Positions 48,913 through 56,572 of a DNA stretch of 60,437 nt are shown piece by piece. The DNA comes from Candidatus Saccharimonadota bacterium (GTDB taxonomy: Bacteria > Patescibacteriota > Saccharimonadia > Saccharimonadales > VXPC01): NCBI GenBank assembly GCA_009839685.1, contig VXPC01000031.1, positions 1 through 60,437 of the forward strand. The letters run 5' to 3'. The translations under genes and the position numbers were made by a program. How positions within the stretch are numbered: position 1 is the stretch's first letter; the number at the start of each line of letters is the position of its first letter. A model generated the notes under the pieces. That model searched no databases. It was given only the letters and a program-made list of their open reading frames with translations, and had not been told where the DNA came from.

Positions 48913-48933
48913 CTGCGGTGTCAAACACCTGAT

Positions 48934-49010
48934 TGGTGGGTTCTAGAGGACTCGAACCTCTGACCTCCACAACGTCAATGTGGCGCTCTAGCCAACTGAG
49001 CTAAGAACCC
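48934..49010 (-). tRNA. tRNA-Val (anticodon GAC), CCA encoded
   Basis: The reverse complement is GGGTTCTTAGCTCAGTTGGCTAGAGCGCCACATTGACGTTGTGGAGGTCAGAGGTTCGAGTCCTCTAGAACCCACCA, with anticodon loop TTGACGT. Confidence 0.9.
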
Positions 49011-49033
49011 TGGCAACAATTTACCTGCCAAGC

Positions 49034-49042
49034 ATTCTAACA
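49034..49042 (-). promoter_or_regulatory. extended -10 element (TGtTAGAAT) upstream of tRNA-Val
   Basis: On the minus strand TGTTAGAAT ends ~23 nt upstream of the tRNA-Val 5' end. Confidence 0.4.
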
Positions 49043-49246
49043 GAGCCGCCTGACGCTATGCAAATCCGCCGATCTCTCAGTGCCCTAACCCGCGAACGGT
49101 TAAGGCATCGGGCTTTTAAATAACCCCCTGCAAGCCTTATTTTACTGATGCGATTGTTGCAATATAGACATCTTTATGTTAGCATTACCGTGGGTTCCTT
49201 GTTGCAAGGAATCCGTTATTGTTTGCACTTAAAACAAGGAGGTGTT

Positions 49247-49369
49247 TTGGATACTTCTATCAGCTTGGTCGATTTCCCGTCGTTCTACGAGAACCTGGAG
49301 CTCAAACTCCCCTCTCGTCGCATAAGAAGCTACCGCAGCAGGATGATTAGGAAATTTGCCGCCAGATAA
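49247..49369 (+). CDS. possible 40-aa basic peptide in a self-contained promoter-RBS-terminator unit
   Basis: AAGGAGG (49236-49242), 4 nt, then TTG 49247 gives (M)DTSISLVDFPSFYENLELKLPSRRIRSYRSRMIRKFAAR*. It is preceded by TTGCAA-17-TAGCAT (49157-49185) and followed by a strong terminator. No family recognised. Confidence 0.35.
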   Translation: MDTSISLVDFPSFYENLELKLPSRRIRSYRSRMIRKFAAR

Positions 49370-49391
49370 CACTAGTCAGCAAACGAATTTC

Positions 49392-49428
49392 AAAAACCTC
49401 CCGGATCCGTTCCGGGAGGTTTTTACTT
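49392..49428 (+). terminator. strong rho-independent terminator (A-tract upstream, so possibly bidirectional)
   Basis: AAAAACCTCCCGGA, a 5-nt loop (TCCGT), TCCGGGAGGT, then TTTTACTTTG. The GC-rich stem is 10 bp. Confidence 0.7.
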
Positions 49429-49442
49429 TGCCGGATCCGCAC

Positions 49443-49470
49443 TTATCCACCGAGATTGAAAATTATCCAC
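49443..49470 (+). promoter_or_regulatory. two direct DnaA-box-like octamers (TTATCCAC) 20 bp apart
   Basis: TTATCCACc at 49443 and TTATCCACt at 49463, in the same orientation and two helical turns apart, ~40-60 nt upstream of nrdR. Confidence 0.45.
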
Positions 49471-49489
49471 TAGATTTTTAAACTGGTAG

Positions 49490-49507
49490 ATGTCAATATA
49501 TTGACAT
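49490..49507. promoter_or_regulatory. perfect 18-bp palindrome with an NrdR-box-like core, overlapping the nrdR start codon
   Basis: ATGTCAATATATTGACAT. The core CAATATATTG fits the NrdR-box consensus core CwAtATaTwG. The last two nucleotides are the A and T of the nrdR ATG (49506). Confidence 0.5.
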
Positions 49508-49919
49508 GGTTTGCCCCATTTGCGGCGGAAACGCCGAAGTCAGCAACAGCCGGAAACGCCGGGACGGCTTTTCGGTCTGGCGGCGGCGGCGATGCCGAAA
49601 CTGCTCCAACGTGTTCACGACGGTCGAACAGATTGCTACTGAGTCCATAATCGCGTTTGAGGCCGCTGAGGGCGGTTTGAAGCCCTTGAGACGAAGTGAC
49701 GTATACGTAAGCGTTTTCAAGGCCCTGGGCGGCCTTAGAACGGCCTCCCTGACAGCCGAGCAGCTGACGCTGACCTGCTTTGACAAAATATTGGGCGAGC
49801 GGACCGCCGTCTTGGAGCAACGGACGATCGAAAAACATATTTTTGAGACTTTGAGCGCCTACCAGAGCTTAGCCGGCCAGCGCTACCTCCTCAACGAGCT
49901 GGGTAGAACCGCGGTTTAA
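49506..49919 (+). CDS. nrdR: NrdR-like transcriptional repressor (zinc ribbon plus short ATP-cone-like domain)
   Basis: 137 aa starting MVCPICGGNAEVSNSRKRRDGFSVWRRRRCRNCSNVFTTVE, which matches the NrdR zinc ribbon (CP.C......DSR....G..IRRRR.C..C..RFTT.E). Confidence 0.75.
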   Translation: MVCPICGGNAEVSNSRKRRDGFSVWRRRRCRNCSNVFTTVEQIATESIIAFEAAEGGLKPLRRSDVYVSVFKALGGLRTASLTAEQLTLTCFDKILGERTAVLEQRTIEKHIFETLSAYQSLAGQRYLLNELGRTAV

Positions 49920-50263
49920 AGGCGCAGCAGGACTTCGCCGACCATCAGGTTGGCCGAGAGGACGATGATGGCGAACAGGAAGACGAAGTAAGCCGCCGGT
50001 TTGAACGACCCGTAAATCTTATAGCTGATAACCCAGCTGGAGATCAGGACCAAAACGGCCAGGGCGGCGAAGCTGTAGAGGTAAGCCGGGCTGGCGGAGT
50101 AGAGCTGGGAGTTGCCGTTGATGAGCCAATGCCGTAAAACCGCCCGGCTCTGGCTCAAATCTACCCTGACGACCACCAGCAAGACGTTGACGACGGCCAT
50201 GACGGTTGTCGCCAGACCGAGCAGGACTATCAGGCGGTTGCGAAAAAAATCTTTGGCGAACAT
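49916..50263 (-). CDS. small integral membrane protein (3-4 TM)
   Basis: 115 aa, mostly hydrophobic helices. It overlaps the nrdR stop by 4 nt (convergent). Confidence 0.55.
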   Translation of the reverse strand: MFAKDFFRNRLIVLLGLATTVMAVVNVLLVVVRVDLSQSRAVLRHWLINGNSQLYSASPAYLYSFAALAVLVLISSWVISYKIYGSFKPAAYFVFLFAIIVLSANLMVGEVLLRL

Positions 50264-50354
50264 TCTTGCCAGAGATTATACACCGGCCTTGAAAAACGGC
50301 TCCTTGGCTGTTTTTTGCAGGTCTTTTCTGCTACACTATGGCAGTTGCCAGCTT

Positions 50355-50432
50355 GGACTCGTGGTGTAGCCTGGTTAACACGCCTCTTTGTCAAGGAGGA
50401 GATCGCCGGTTCAAATCCGGTCGGGTCCGCCA
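50355..50432 (+). tRNA. tRNA-Asp (anticodon GUC), CCA encoded
   Basis: GGACTCGTGGTGTAGCCTGGTTAACACGCCTCTTTGTCAAGGAGGAGATCGCCGGTTCAAATCCGGTCGGGTCCGCCA, with anticodon loop TTGTCAA. TGcTACACT (extended -10) ends 17 nt upstream. Confidence 0.9.
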
Positions 50433-50497
50433 GACCGAATGGTTTGAACCGCCTTTTTATTGCTTAATAATTCATCCGTTTAACCCCTGATGGCAAA
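50431..50497. repeat. direct repeat copy 1 (starts on the CCA end of tRNA-Asp)
   Basis: CAGACCGAATGGTTTGAACCGCCTTTTTATTGCTTAATAATTCATCCGTTTAACCCCTGATGGCAAATA. It is ~85% identical to 51987-52052, including identical 12-nt and 22-nt blocks. Confidence 0.75.
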
Positions 50498-50597
50498 TAA
50501 GGGCTTGCTTTTAGTCTTTCATTTGACCGATCTGCTTTTCTAGGCCGGCAAAGCATATCCGCCAAACAGATTATTGTAAATGATATTATGCTCATAG

Positions 50598-50627
50598 TTG
50601 ACTAAAAACATATACTTAGGCTATAAT
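50598..50627 (+). promoter_or_regulatory. consensus-like promoter of toxin-antitoxin module 2
   Basis: TTGACT, an 18-nt spacer, then TATAAT. AAAGGAAGAGG and ATG 50664 follow. Confidence 0.6.
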
Positions 50628-50663
50628 CACAGAAACAAAGTCAACCCAAAGGAAGAGGCAATC

Positions 50664-51449
50664 ATGGGCGCTTTTAGCGACAACTTGGCGGCGTTTCGCC
50701 AGCAGGCCGGTCTCACTCAGGAGGAGCTGGCCAACCAAATAGGAATAACCAGGGCCACCTACATCAAGCTCGAACGGGGGCTTAAGTCCCCCACTTTGGA
50801 TCAGATTAACCAACTAGCCAAGTGCTTGGATGCCGGTGTCGACTATCTAATCGGCAGTAAAGCCATTGACGGCAAGAAGCTGCCGAAGGAGGCCGTCGAG
50901 CTTGCTGCGAATACCAATCAGAAGAACCGAAAGTCAACGACCAAAGTCAGCCCCGGCAAGCTCGAAGCCGTCTTGCTCTATGTTCTGGGCAAAGTCGGGT
51001 CCCAGCCAAACATCGGCCAGACAGTAATCTACAAAATCCTCTACTTCATCGATTTTGACTTCTACGAGAAGCACGATCGGCCAATTACGGGACTGAGCTA
51101 CTATCACAACCACTTCGGCCCAACTCCTGGAGCAACTTTTGATCAGCTGACCAAATCTCTGATTGACGCCGGCAAGCTCCAAATCGTCAAAACCAAGTTC
51201 CATAACAAGCCGCAGACCAGGTACCTGGCCAATGCCGGCCCGGATCTGGCCAGCCTGACCGGCGAGGAATTGATTCATATCGACGAAGTTTTAGGCCGCC
51301 TGAGCCATAAGACCGCCAGCCAGATCAGCGACTACGCCCACCGGGATACCCCATGGGTGGCGACCGAACCTGGCCAACGGATTAATTACCAATTGAGCAA
51401 GTACCGAACCGACCTGACCTCCGTAATGCCGCCCGAAGATGAATTATAA
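50664..51449 (+). CDS. XRE-family HTH + Panacea (DUF4065/SocA-like) domain antitoxin, paralogue of 30351..31094
   Basis: ORF 50598..51449, trimmed to ATG 50664 because the TTG at 50598 is the -35 hexamer. The HTH is GLTQEELANQIGITRATYIKLERG. The Panacea core is GQTVIYKILYFIDFDFYEKHDRPITGLSYYHNHFGPTP. Confidence 0.7.
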   Translation: MGAFSDNLAAFRQQAGLTQEELANQIGITRATYIKLERGLKSPTLDQINQLAKCLDAGVDYLIGSKAIDGKKLPKEAVELAANTNQKNRKSTTKVSPGKLEAVLLYVLGKVGSQPNIGQTVIYKILYFIDFDFYEKHDRPITGLSYYHNHFGPTPGATFDQLTKSLIDAGKLQIVKTKFHNKPQTRYLANAGPDLASLTGEELIHIDEVLGRLSHKTASQISDYAHRDTPWVATEPGQRINYQLSKYRTDLTSVMPPEDEL

Positions 51450-51795
51450 CGTCGATGACCGATGCAAAAAAGAAATCAAGGCGCTGGGTAAAAAACACAG
51501 GCAGCTGGCCGTAGATTTGGAGACATTTGTCCAAACCCACCAAGCCGCCAACGATCCCGGCCAATCCTACGACTATCGTCGCAATTTCTTCAGCAGCAAA
51601 AATGCCGCCATTCTCCACGGCTCGCTCAAGGATCCGATACGGGTTGTCAAAGCCCGGTTGCACTCGACCGACTTAAAAGACAAAAGCCTGCGGGTTATCT
51701 ATCTAGCCAACGGCCGCGACCTAACCTTGATCGAAATATACAGCAAAAGCCAAAAACCGACCGAAGACAAGCGTCGCTGGCAGGCCTACAAATAG
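51439..51795 (+). CDS. RelE/ParE-superfamily-like toxin
   Basis: 118 aa. VVKARLHSTDLKDKSLRVIYLANGRDLTLIEIYSKSQKPTE follows the RelE-type beta-sheet pattern. It overlaps the antitoxin gene by 11 nt. Confidence 0.55.
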   Translation: MNYNVDDRCKKEIKALGKKHRQLAVDLETFVQTHQAANDPGQSYDYRRNFFSSKNAAILHGSLKDPIRVVKARLHSTDLKDKSLRVIYLANGRDLTLIEIYSKSQKPTEDKRRWQAYK

Positions 51796-51986
51796 CTCAT
51801 ATAATATGGACCGTCCGCTAAAGATATCTGACGCGACTCGAGTAACTCCGATTCCGGGTTATAACGCCGTCTGCCAGAGCTGTCTTGGCGGCTGCATTGG
51901 CAGATCTACAGTTTAAAAGCCAGGGTGTAAGATTGACGCTTTATTGGCTTACGGCAGGGGTGCGAACTGTTTTCGGTTGAGTCTGA

Positions 51987-52052
51987 CAGACCGGATGGTT
52001 TGAACCACTTTTTATTGCTTAATAATTCATTTGTTAAACCCTCGACGGCGAA
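51987..52052. repeat. direct repeat copy 2
   Basis: CAGACCGGATGGTTTGAACCACTTTTTATTGCTTAATAATTCATTTGTTAAACCCTCGACGGCGAATA. Confidence 0.75.
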
Positions 52053-52170
52053 TAGAGAGTCAGTATCAGCCGCAGCAACTAGAAACAGCCGCGAACCGGT
52101 AAATCTCAGCCCTGCCGGCTCATACGGCGGGTACGTTTCCCTTTGGGGAATTTTCGCCTTTCAAAAGGGC

Positions 52171-52977
52171 TTAATCTGCGGTTGGGTCTATCCCGGCCGG
52201 ACGGTCTATGCAGCTTGCGCCGAAGGGGGTAAGAACTAGTTTAGCCGCCTCGGCTTCGGCGCCGGCATTGGTTCTCATCTGGACGCAAGAGTAGAAGCTG
52301 CGCAGAATCTCAGACACCTCTTGGACTGAAACACATCTGTCGTTTACCAAGACGTAATTCTGATTGCCGTCGTCAAATGAATCCCATTCGAAGTCGTCAG
52401 AGTAGGCGGTATCGTCGCAAGGATTGGTACACTGGCCATTCTTCTCCGTTTGATGCGACGGGCAATCAAGGTCAGCAACTTCAGCGGCGTCGCTGCCTTC
52501 AGGCGGCCCTGTAGACTCTTGGTTGATTCCAAGATCCAACCGGGTTCCGATAGAAACCCAGCCGCCGTTCAGTTCCTTAATCTGGAAACAGACGTACTTG
52601 CCGTCATGCTCAGCGGCCTCGGCCGCGTCAGCCGGATCGTAGACAATGCCGTCATCGGCCAGCCACCGCTTGTATACTACGGCCGTATAATTGCCGGCAC
52701 CCCGGCCGCCGTCAGTGAAGACGGAGCTGTCGCAGGCGCCGTCGTCCCTTATGACATATTTCCAGCGTTCAGCGTCGAAACCGGCCGGCTTGCGGACGGA
52801 GTACGCGTTCCAGTGGAGGGTTGTCGTCGGCTCTAACCGGACAATCTCAAAACCGGCGGCGGCATCGGACCGACTGTTGGCGGCTAAGACCACGGCAATC
52901 CCGGCCACGATCAGCAGGCCGACAATGATCAGGGTATAGATTAGGGGGTTGGGCTTTGCCTTCTGCATCTGCGACAC
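52171..52977 (-). CDS. membrane-anchored surface protein, Cys-containing
   Basis: 268 aa with an N-terminal anchor (LIYTLIIVGLLIVAGIAVVLAA). It shares a GKYVCFQIKELNGGW-type motif with the 519-aa protein at 54356..55915. Confidence 0.6.
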   Translation of the reverse strand: MSQMQKAKPNPLIYTLIIVGLLIVAGIAVVLAANSRSDAAAGFEIVRLEPTTTLHWNAYSVRKPAGFDAERWKYVIRDDGACDSSVFTDGGRGAGNYTAVVYKRWLADDGIVYDPADAAEAAEHDGKYVCFQIKELNGGWVSIGTRLDLGINQESTGPPEGSDAAEVADLDCPSHQTEKNGQCTNPCDDTAYSDDFEWDSFDDGNQNYVLVNDRCVSVQEVSEILRSFYSCVQMRTNAGAEAEAAKLVLTPFGASCIDRPAGIDPTAD

Positions 52978-53086
52978 TTATCTTTTTCTTATTGTAAAGT
53001 TTACCAGACCCAAAAGCACCCTCCTCTGTATACCTGAAACAGCGAGCCGGGCGCCGGCTGGCATATAGCCCAAGAAATTTACAATC

Positions 53087-54256
53087 TTAAAAAACGGAAT
53101 AGGCCACGTCGTCGATGTAGACGGTAACCGCCTCCTCGCTCCTGACCTCCGCCAAGATGTCATCCAGCAGCAGGTAAGAGATTCTGATGTGGGCCGCCCG
53201 GCGGCGGCCGTTGCCCTCGTCTTCCAAGACCTTGACCACCTCCAGCCGGTCGCCGGTGTCGATGATTTCCGAGAACTGGCCCGGCGGCGTCTCGAAGATA
53301 GCCTGCAGGATTAGCGGGTTCTCTTCCCGGCCCTCCAGCTCCAACGGGAAGTTATAGCGCCCGCCGTTGATGGCCGTCGTCGAAGCCTCGGAGTAAGCGA
53401 TTGCCAGCTCGGCGAAATCTTCGCCGCCGTTCAGGCTCCTCAGGATGGTTTCCATCCTGTCCATGGCATCGTTGCCCAGCTCCTTGTCCATCGCCCTGGT
53501 CACTTTTTCCTGGAGGATGTTGGCCGCGACGATCTGGCGGTACTCGGCCAGGCTCAGCCCCCAGAAATTGTCCAGAACCTTCTCGATATCCTCCAAGTCG
53601 TCGCCCAGCTTGCCCTGGGATTGGAGCAAGGCCAGCCGGTCGTCGATCTCCTCGTCCGTCACGCTCAAGTTGCGCTCGGCCGCCAGCTTGGAAATGTAAA
53701 CCCTGTCAATCACCCGTTTCATCGAAGCGTTCTTCAACTCGTCCAAGGTCACCTGGGCGTCCTCTTCGGGTTGGGAGAAATCCATTCCCTGCTGGGTTTC
53801 GAAATAGTGGACTTGGCGGCGCAGATCCCGCAGGTAGTCCTGATAAGGGACATAGGTTGAGCCGACTCGGGCGACCGGCAGCGGCAAAACCCGGGTCATA
53901 TTGTAGGAAAAATCGGAATAGCTCTGGTCGCGGTACAGGCTGAAATAAACCAAGCCGCCGAAGCCGGAGGTGGCAACGATCAGCACGGCCAGGCTGACGC
54001 CGACGACGCGCTGATTGGTGTTGATGAAGAAAGAGCGGTACTGCCGAGCCCGCCCGAGGATAAGGCGGCGGTGCCTCTCGACCGTTTTGGTAACGACGAC
54101 CTCTTCGCGGTCGACCAAAACGTCGGCTTTGGACCGCTGCGGCTCCCCGGCAGGCGGTTCCGGCCGTTTCGGCCGGCGGCCGAAACCCAATCTGGCCCAT
54201 AACGAAAGTTTGCCCGGTTTTCTCAAAATTCCACCTAAATTAGCTTTCTCTCCCAA
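53087..54256 (-). CDS. SurA-N/PpiC (parvulin)-like membrane-anchored chaperone
   Basis: 389 aa with one TM (VVGVSLAVLIVATSGFGGLVYF), a SurA-N-like helical region, and a C-terminal FAELAIAYSEASTTAINGGRY...PGQFSEIIDTGDRLEVVKV resembling a parvulin domain. Confidence 0.55.
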   Translation of the reverse strand: MGEKANLGGILRKPGKLSLWARLGFGRRPKRPEPPAGEPQRSKADVLVDREEVVVTKTVERHRRLILGRARQYRSFFINTNQRVVGVSLAVLIVATSGFGGLVYFSLYRDQSYSDFSYNMTRVLPLPVARVGSTYVPYQDYLRDLRRQVHYFETQQGMDFSQPEEDAQVTLDELKNASMKRVIDRVYISKLAAERNLSVTDEEIDDRLALLQSQGKLGDDLEDIEKVLDNFWGLSLAEYRQIVAANILQEKVTRAMDKELGNDAMDRMETILRSLNGGEDFAELAIAYSEASTTAINGGRYNFPLELEGREENPLILQAIFETPPGQFSEIIDTGDRLEVVKVLEDEGNGRRRAAHIRISYLLLDDILAEVRSEEAVTVYIDDVAYSVF

Positions 54257-54355
54257 TTCTAATGCAAAACGAGCCGATTTGAACCCGGCTCGCTCAGGCC
54301 CCAGGTTGACGATTCGGTTTTAACGCGCATTTGCCCGGGCCCGGCGGGAACGCGT

Positions 54356-55915
54356 TCAACGGCGGCTACCCCTCATCCCGATTATCAGAAAAACGAGTAT
54401 CAGGACAATCATCACGGACGCCACCCCTACCAGAGAGAACAGCAAATACCTGGGGAACCCCGCATCCTCGGCGGTGCTTTGCGCCAGCGGCTGTTCCTGC
54501 GGATCAGCGGCGGCGGCCGACGTTTGCGGCGCCGTTTTATCTCCCGGATCGGTCTCGGTGGCGGTTGTTTCCGTCGAGAGGCCGACGCTCTCCATCGGCG
54601 GCACGGTCACGGGATCGCCGGCAACCGGCGGCACGGGGCTGGCATTGTCATTGCGCGCGGGCCGCTGTTGGACAGGCGGCGGGCCGGCCTCCGCAGCCGG
54701 CTCCTCCTCAGCCGGCTGCTGCTCCTGCTCTTGGCTCGGACTGGGATCTCCCGGCCTGTATATGGGAGTCGGCGCCATTATTTTCAGGCCGGACTCCTCC
54801 ACCTGGACCAACCTGGTGTTCCTGTTGCCCTGCTCATCCAAAGCCCAGAAACAGTAAATCTCGCCGGCCGCAACGTTGTTGACAGTGGCCGATTCGCCGG
54901 TCGGTTCCGGCGGATGATCCAGATGTTCGCAGACGGAGCTGTTGCGACGGTGGGGCGCTTTGTAGTACCGCCAGCTGTCCGCGTCCAGATCGACGGCCGG
55001 CGAACTGGCCCGCAAAGTGTTACCGGATCGAATCACTTTGATGGCCGGCCCGCCGATGTCCAGCCGCATCAGCTTGTAGGAGGTGTTGCCTTGAGGATCA
55101 TCGACCCGGTGGCAAAGGTGGATGTTGTCCGTGAAAGTCTCGGTGTACTGGTTATCTTGGTCGAAAGGTATGAGGGAAGGATCGGTTTCGGGCTCGGCGT
55201 AAAAGAGCTTCTCCAAAGCTTCGAAGAACTCGGCGTTGAACTGCACGTGGCCGCCCGGCAGGTTGTAGGTGATGTGGTTGTCGTTGCCCCAGTCATACCG
55301 GCTGACGTATTTGGAGTCGGGCTTGACAGGCCTGAACACCAGCGCCGCGTTGCCGGCGTCACAGGCGTAATCGCCTCCCCGCCGGGAAACGTCGAAAACG
55401 GCCGCTTCCCAGCTGCCGCTGTCCACTACGCCGGAAGGCCCGTAGGGCCCTTTGTAAACGTCCCGGCCGATAATATGGTTGCTGCCTTCAAGCCTGATGG
55501 CCGGCGGGTTGTAATCGATCAGGCGGAAAATCGCGTGGCCCTCGGCCAGCAGGCAGTAATACTTGTTGTTGTCGGAGGGCTGAATCGGCAGCTTGGCGCT
55601 GGCGACTTTCGGATTCTTATCCGAAACGGCTACGTTGGCTTCGCCCTTGATGTTCGCGGGCAAATCCTTGAACTTGCGGGCACTGCAGTCCCTGTAGTTA
55701 TCCAGCGGGCCGGCATAGGACCACTGCGAAGCTTTGATCTTTTGGCTCGATTCCAATCTGACAGAGAGCTGGCTTTGGGTCTGGGAGAAGTTGTATTTGG
55801 CGTATTTTTCGGCCGCCTGAGTTCCCCAACCGGAAACAACCATAACCAGCACGACTGCGATACCCAGCAGAGCGGCCGACACCAAAACAATACCCGTTCT
55901 CCTCAACGCAACCAT
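54356..55915 (-). CDS. large surface protein with an N-terminal anchor, three repeated beta-rich modules, a Pro/Glu-rich stalk and a C-terminal TM plus basic tail
   Basis: 519 aa. The modules end in KYYCLLAEGHAIFRLIDYNPPAIRL, IHLCHRVDDPQGNTSYKLMRLDIGGPAIKV and EIYCFWALDEQGNRNTRLVQVEESGLKI. The C-terminus is FPRYLLFSLVGVASVMIVLILVFLIIGMRGSRR. The 492-aa antisense ORF 54479..55957 is spurious. Confidence 0.65.
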   Translation of the reverse strand: MVALRRTGIVLVSAALLGIAVVLVMVVSGWGTQAAEKYAKYNFSQTQSQLSVRLESSQKIKASQWSYAGPLDNYRDCSARKFKDLPANIKGEANVAVSDKNPKVASAKLPIQPSDNNKYYCLLAEGHAIFRLIDYNPPAIRLEGSNHIIGRDVYKGPYGPSGVVDSGSWEAAVFDVSRRGGDYACDAGNAALVFRPVKPDSKYVSRYDWGNDNHITYNLPGGHVQFNAEFFEALEKLFYAEPETDPSLIPFDQDNQYTETFTDNIHLCHRVDDPQGNTSYKLMRLDIGGPAIKVIRSGNTLRASSPAVDLDADSWRYYKAPHRRNSSVCEHLDHPPEPTGESATVNNVAAGEIYCFWALDEQGNRNTRLVQVEESGLKIMAPTPIYRPGDPSPSQEQEQQPAEEEPAAEAGPPPVQQRPARNDNASPVPPVAGDPVTVPPMESVGLSTETTATETDPGDKTAPQTSAAAADPQEQPLAQSTAEDAGFPRYLLFSLVGVASVMIVLILVFLIIGMRGSRR

Positions 55916-56065
55916 TCTGCCTATTTCTATTCCAGATTATTCCACCTCCCATGCTAGCATAACTGCGAAAGAAAAGATAAAGCCTGCCCCGGCCCGCCCA
56001 CCAGCTTGGAATCCGTCCGGGCAACGACAGTCGCGGGCGGGGTTTATCGGCTCGGGCGAGTTGTT

Positions 56066-56094
56066 TTGACTATGAAGTCGACAGATGTTATAAT
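56066..56094 (+). promoter_or_regulatory. consensus sigma70 promoter
   Basis: TTGACT, a 17-nt spacer, then TATAAT. It lies ~155 nt upstream of the 56249 ORF. Confidence 0.6.
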
Positions 56095-56248
56095 AAAAGC
56101 ACAAGGGTTATTCTCTTGCGACCTTTAATAAGCTATGGCGGTTCACTCCGGCAACAGCCGACGTGAATCCGTGCGTTCCGGGCAGGCTTGCCCACACAAC
56201 CGCGACTAAACCAATCCCCCGCCCCTACGAGCTCGCCTAGGAGGAGCA

Positions 56249-56497
56249 ATGTTAAATGTGAACAGAACCCCGCTGGCGACCCGGCTGGGATGTGGTCGCC
56301 CGATAGTCGAAACGGCCATCTTCATGGCATTCTGGCTGACGCCAGCAGCGGCTATTATCCTTATCAACCACTTGGCCAACCAGACCGATATGCGGACTGT
56401 GGTCGCCCCGGCCTTTCTGGTCGGCATCCCTTTCTGGGTCATTATCCGTCTTGCCAGACGGCAAAAAGAAACCGGCAGTGATGAAACCGAGCGGTAG
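56249..56497 (+). CDS. small 2-TM membrane protein
   Basis: 82 aa, with TAGGAGGAGCA immediately before the ATG and two hydrophobic helices. Confidence 0.55.
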   Translation: MLNVNRTPLATRLGCGRPIVETAIFMAFWLTPAAAIILINHLANQTDMRTVVAPAFLVGIPFWVIIRLARRQKETGSDETER

Positions 56498-56572
56498 CCA
56501 GCCCGGACCGCGATCTCCCCCGACCAGCCGGTTGGGGGAGGTCTTCATCCCGTCGGAGTCAATCGCCGTAGC

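Larger units (their letters stand above)
50431..52052 (+). mobile_element. possible ~1.6-kb tRNA-Asp-associated insertion cassette carrying only the TA module
   Basis: Imperfect ~65-bp direct repeats bracket the promoter, antitoxin and toxin. The first repeat abuts the tRNA 3' end. There is no recombinase inside. Confidence 0.4.

Noticed and set aside
54479-55957. 492-aa + strand ORF, plus 54331..54882 and 53401..53943
   Set aside because: Antisense to the surface-protein and SurA-like genes, with extreme Arg/Gly/Pro content.
56120-56200. Fluoride (crcB-type) riboswitch in the 56-kb 5' UTR
   Set aside because: Only loose resemblance (ATGGCGGTTCAC..AACAGCC..GTGAATCC). The P1/pseudoknot architecture and the GCUGAUGA..CCUAC tail are missing, and the downstream gene is not CrcB-like.
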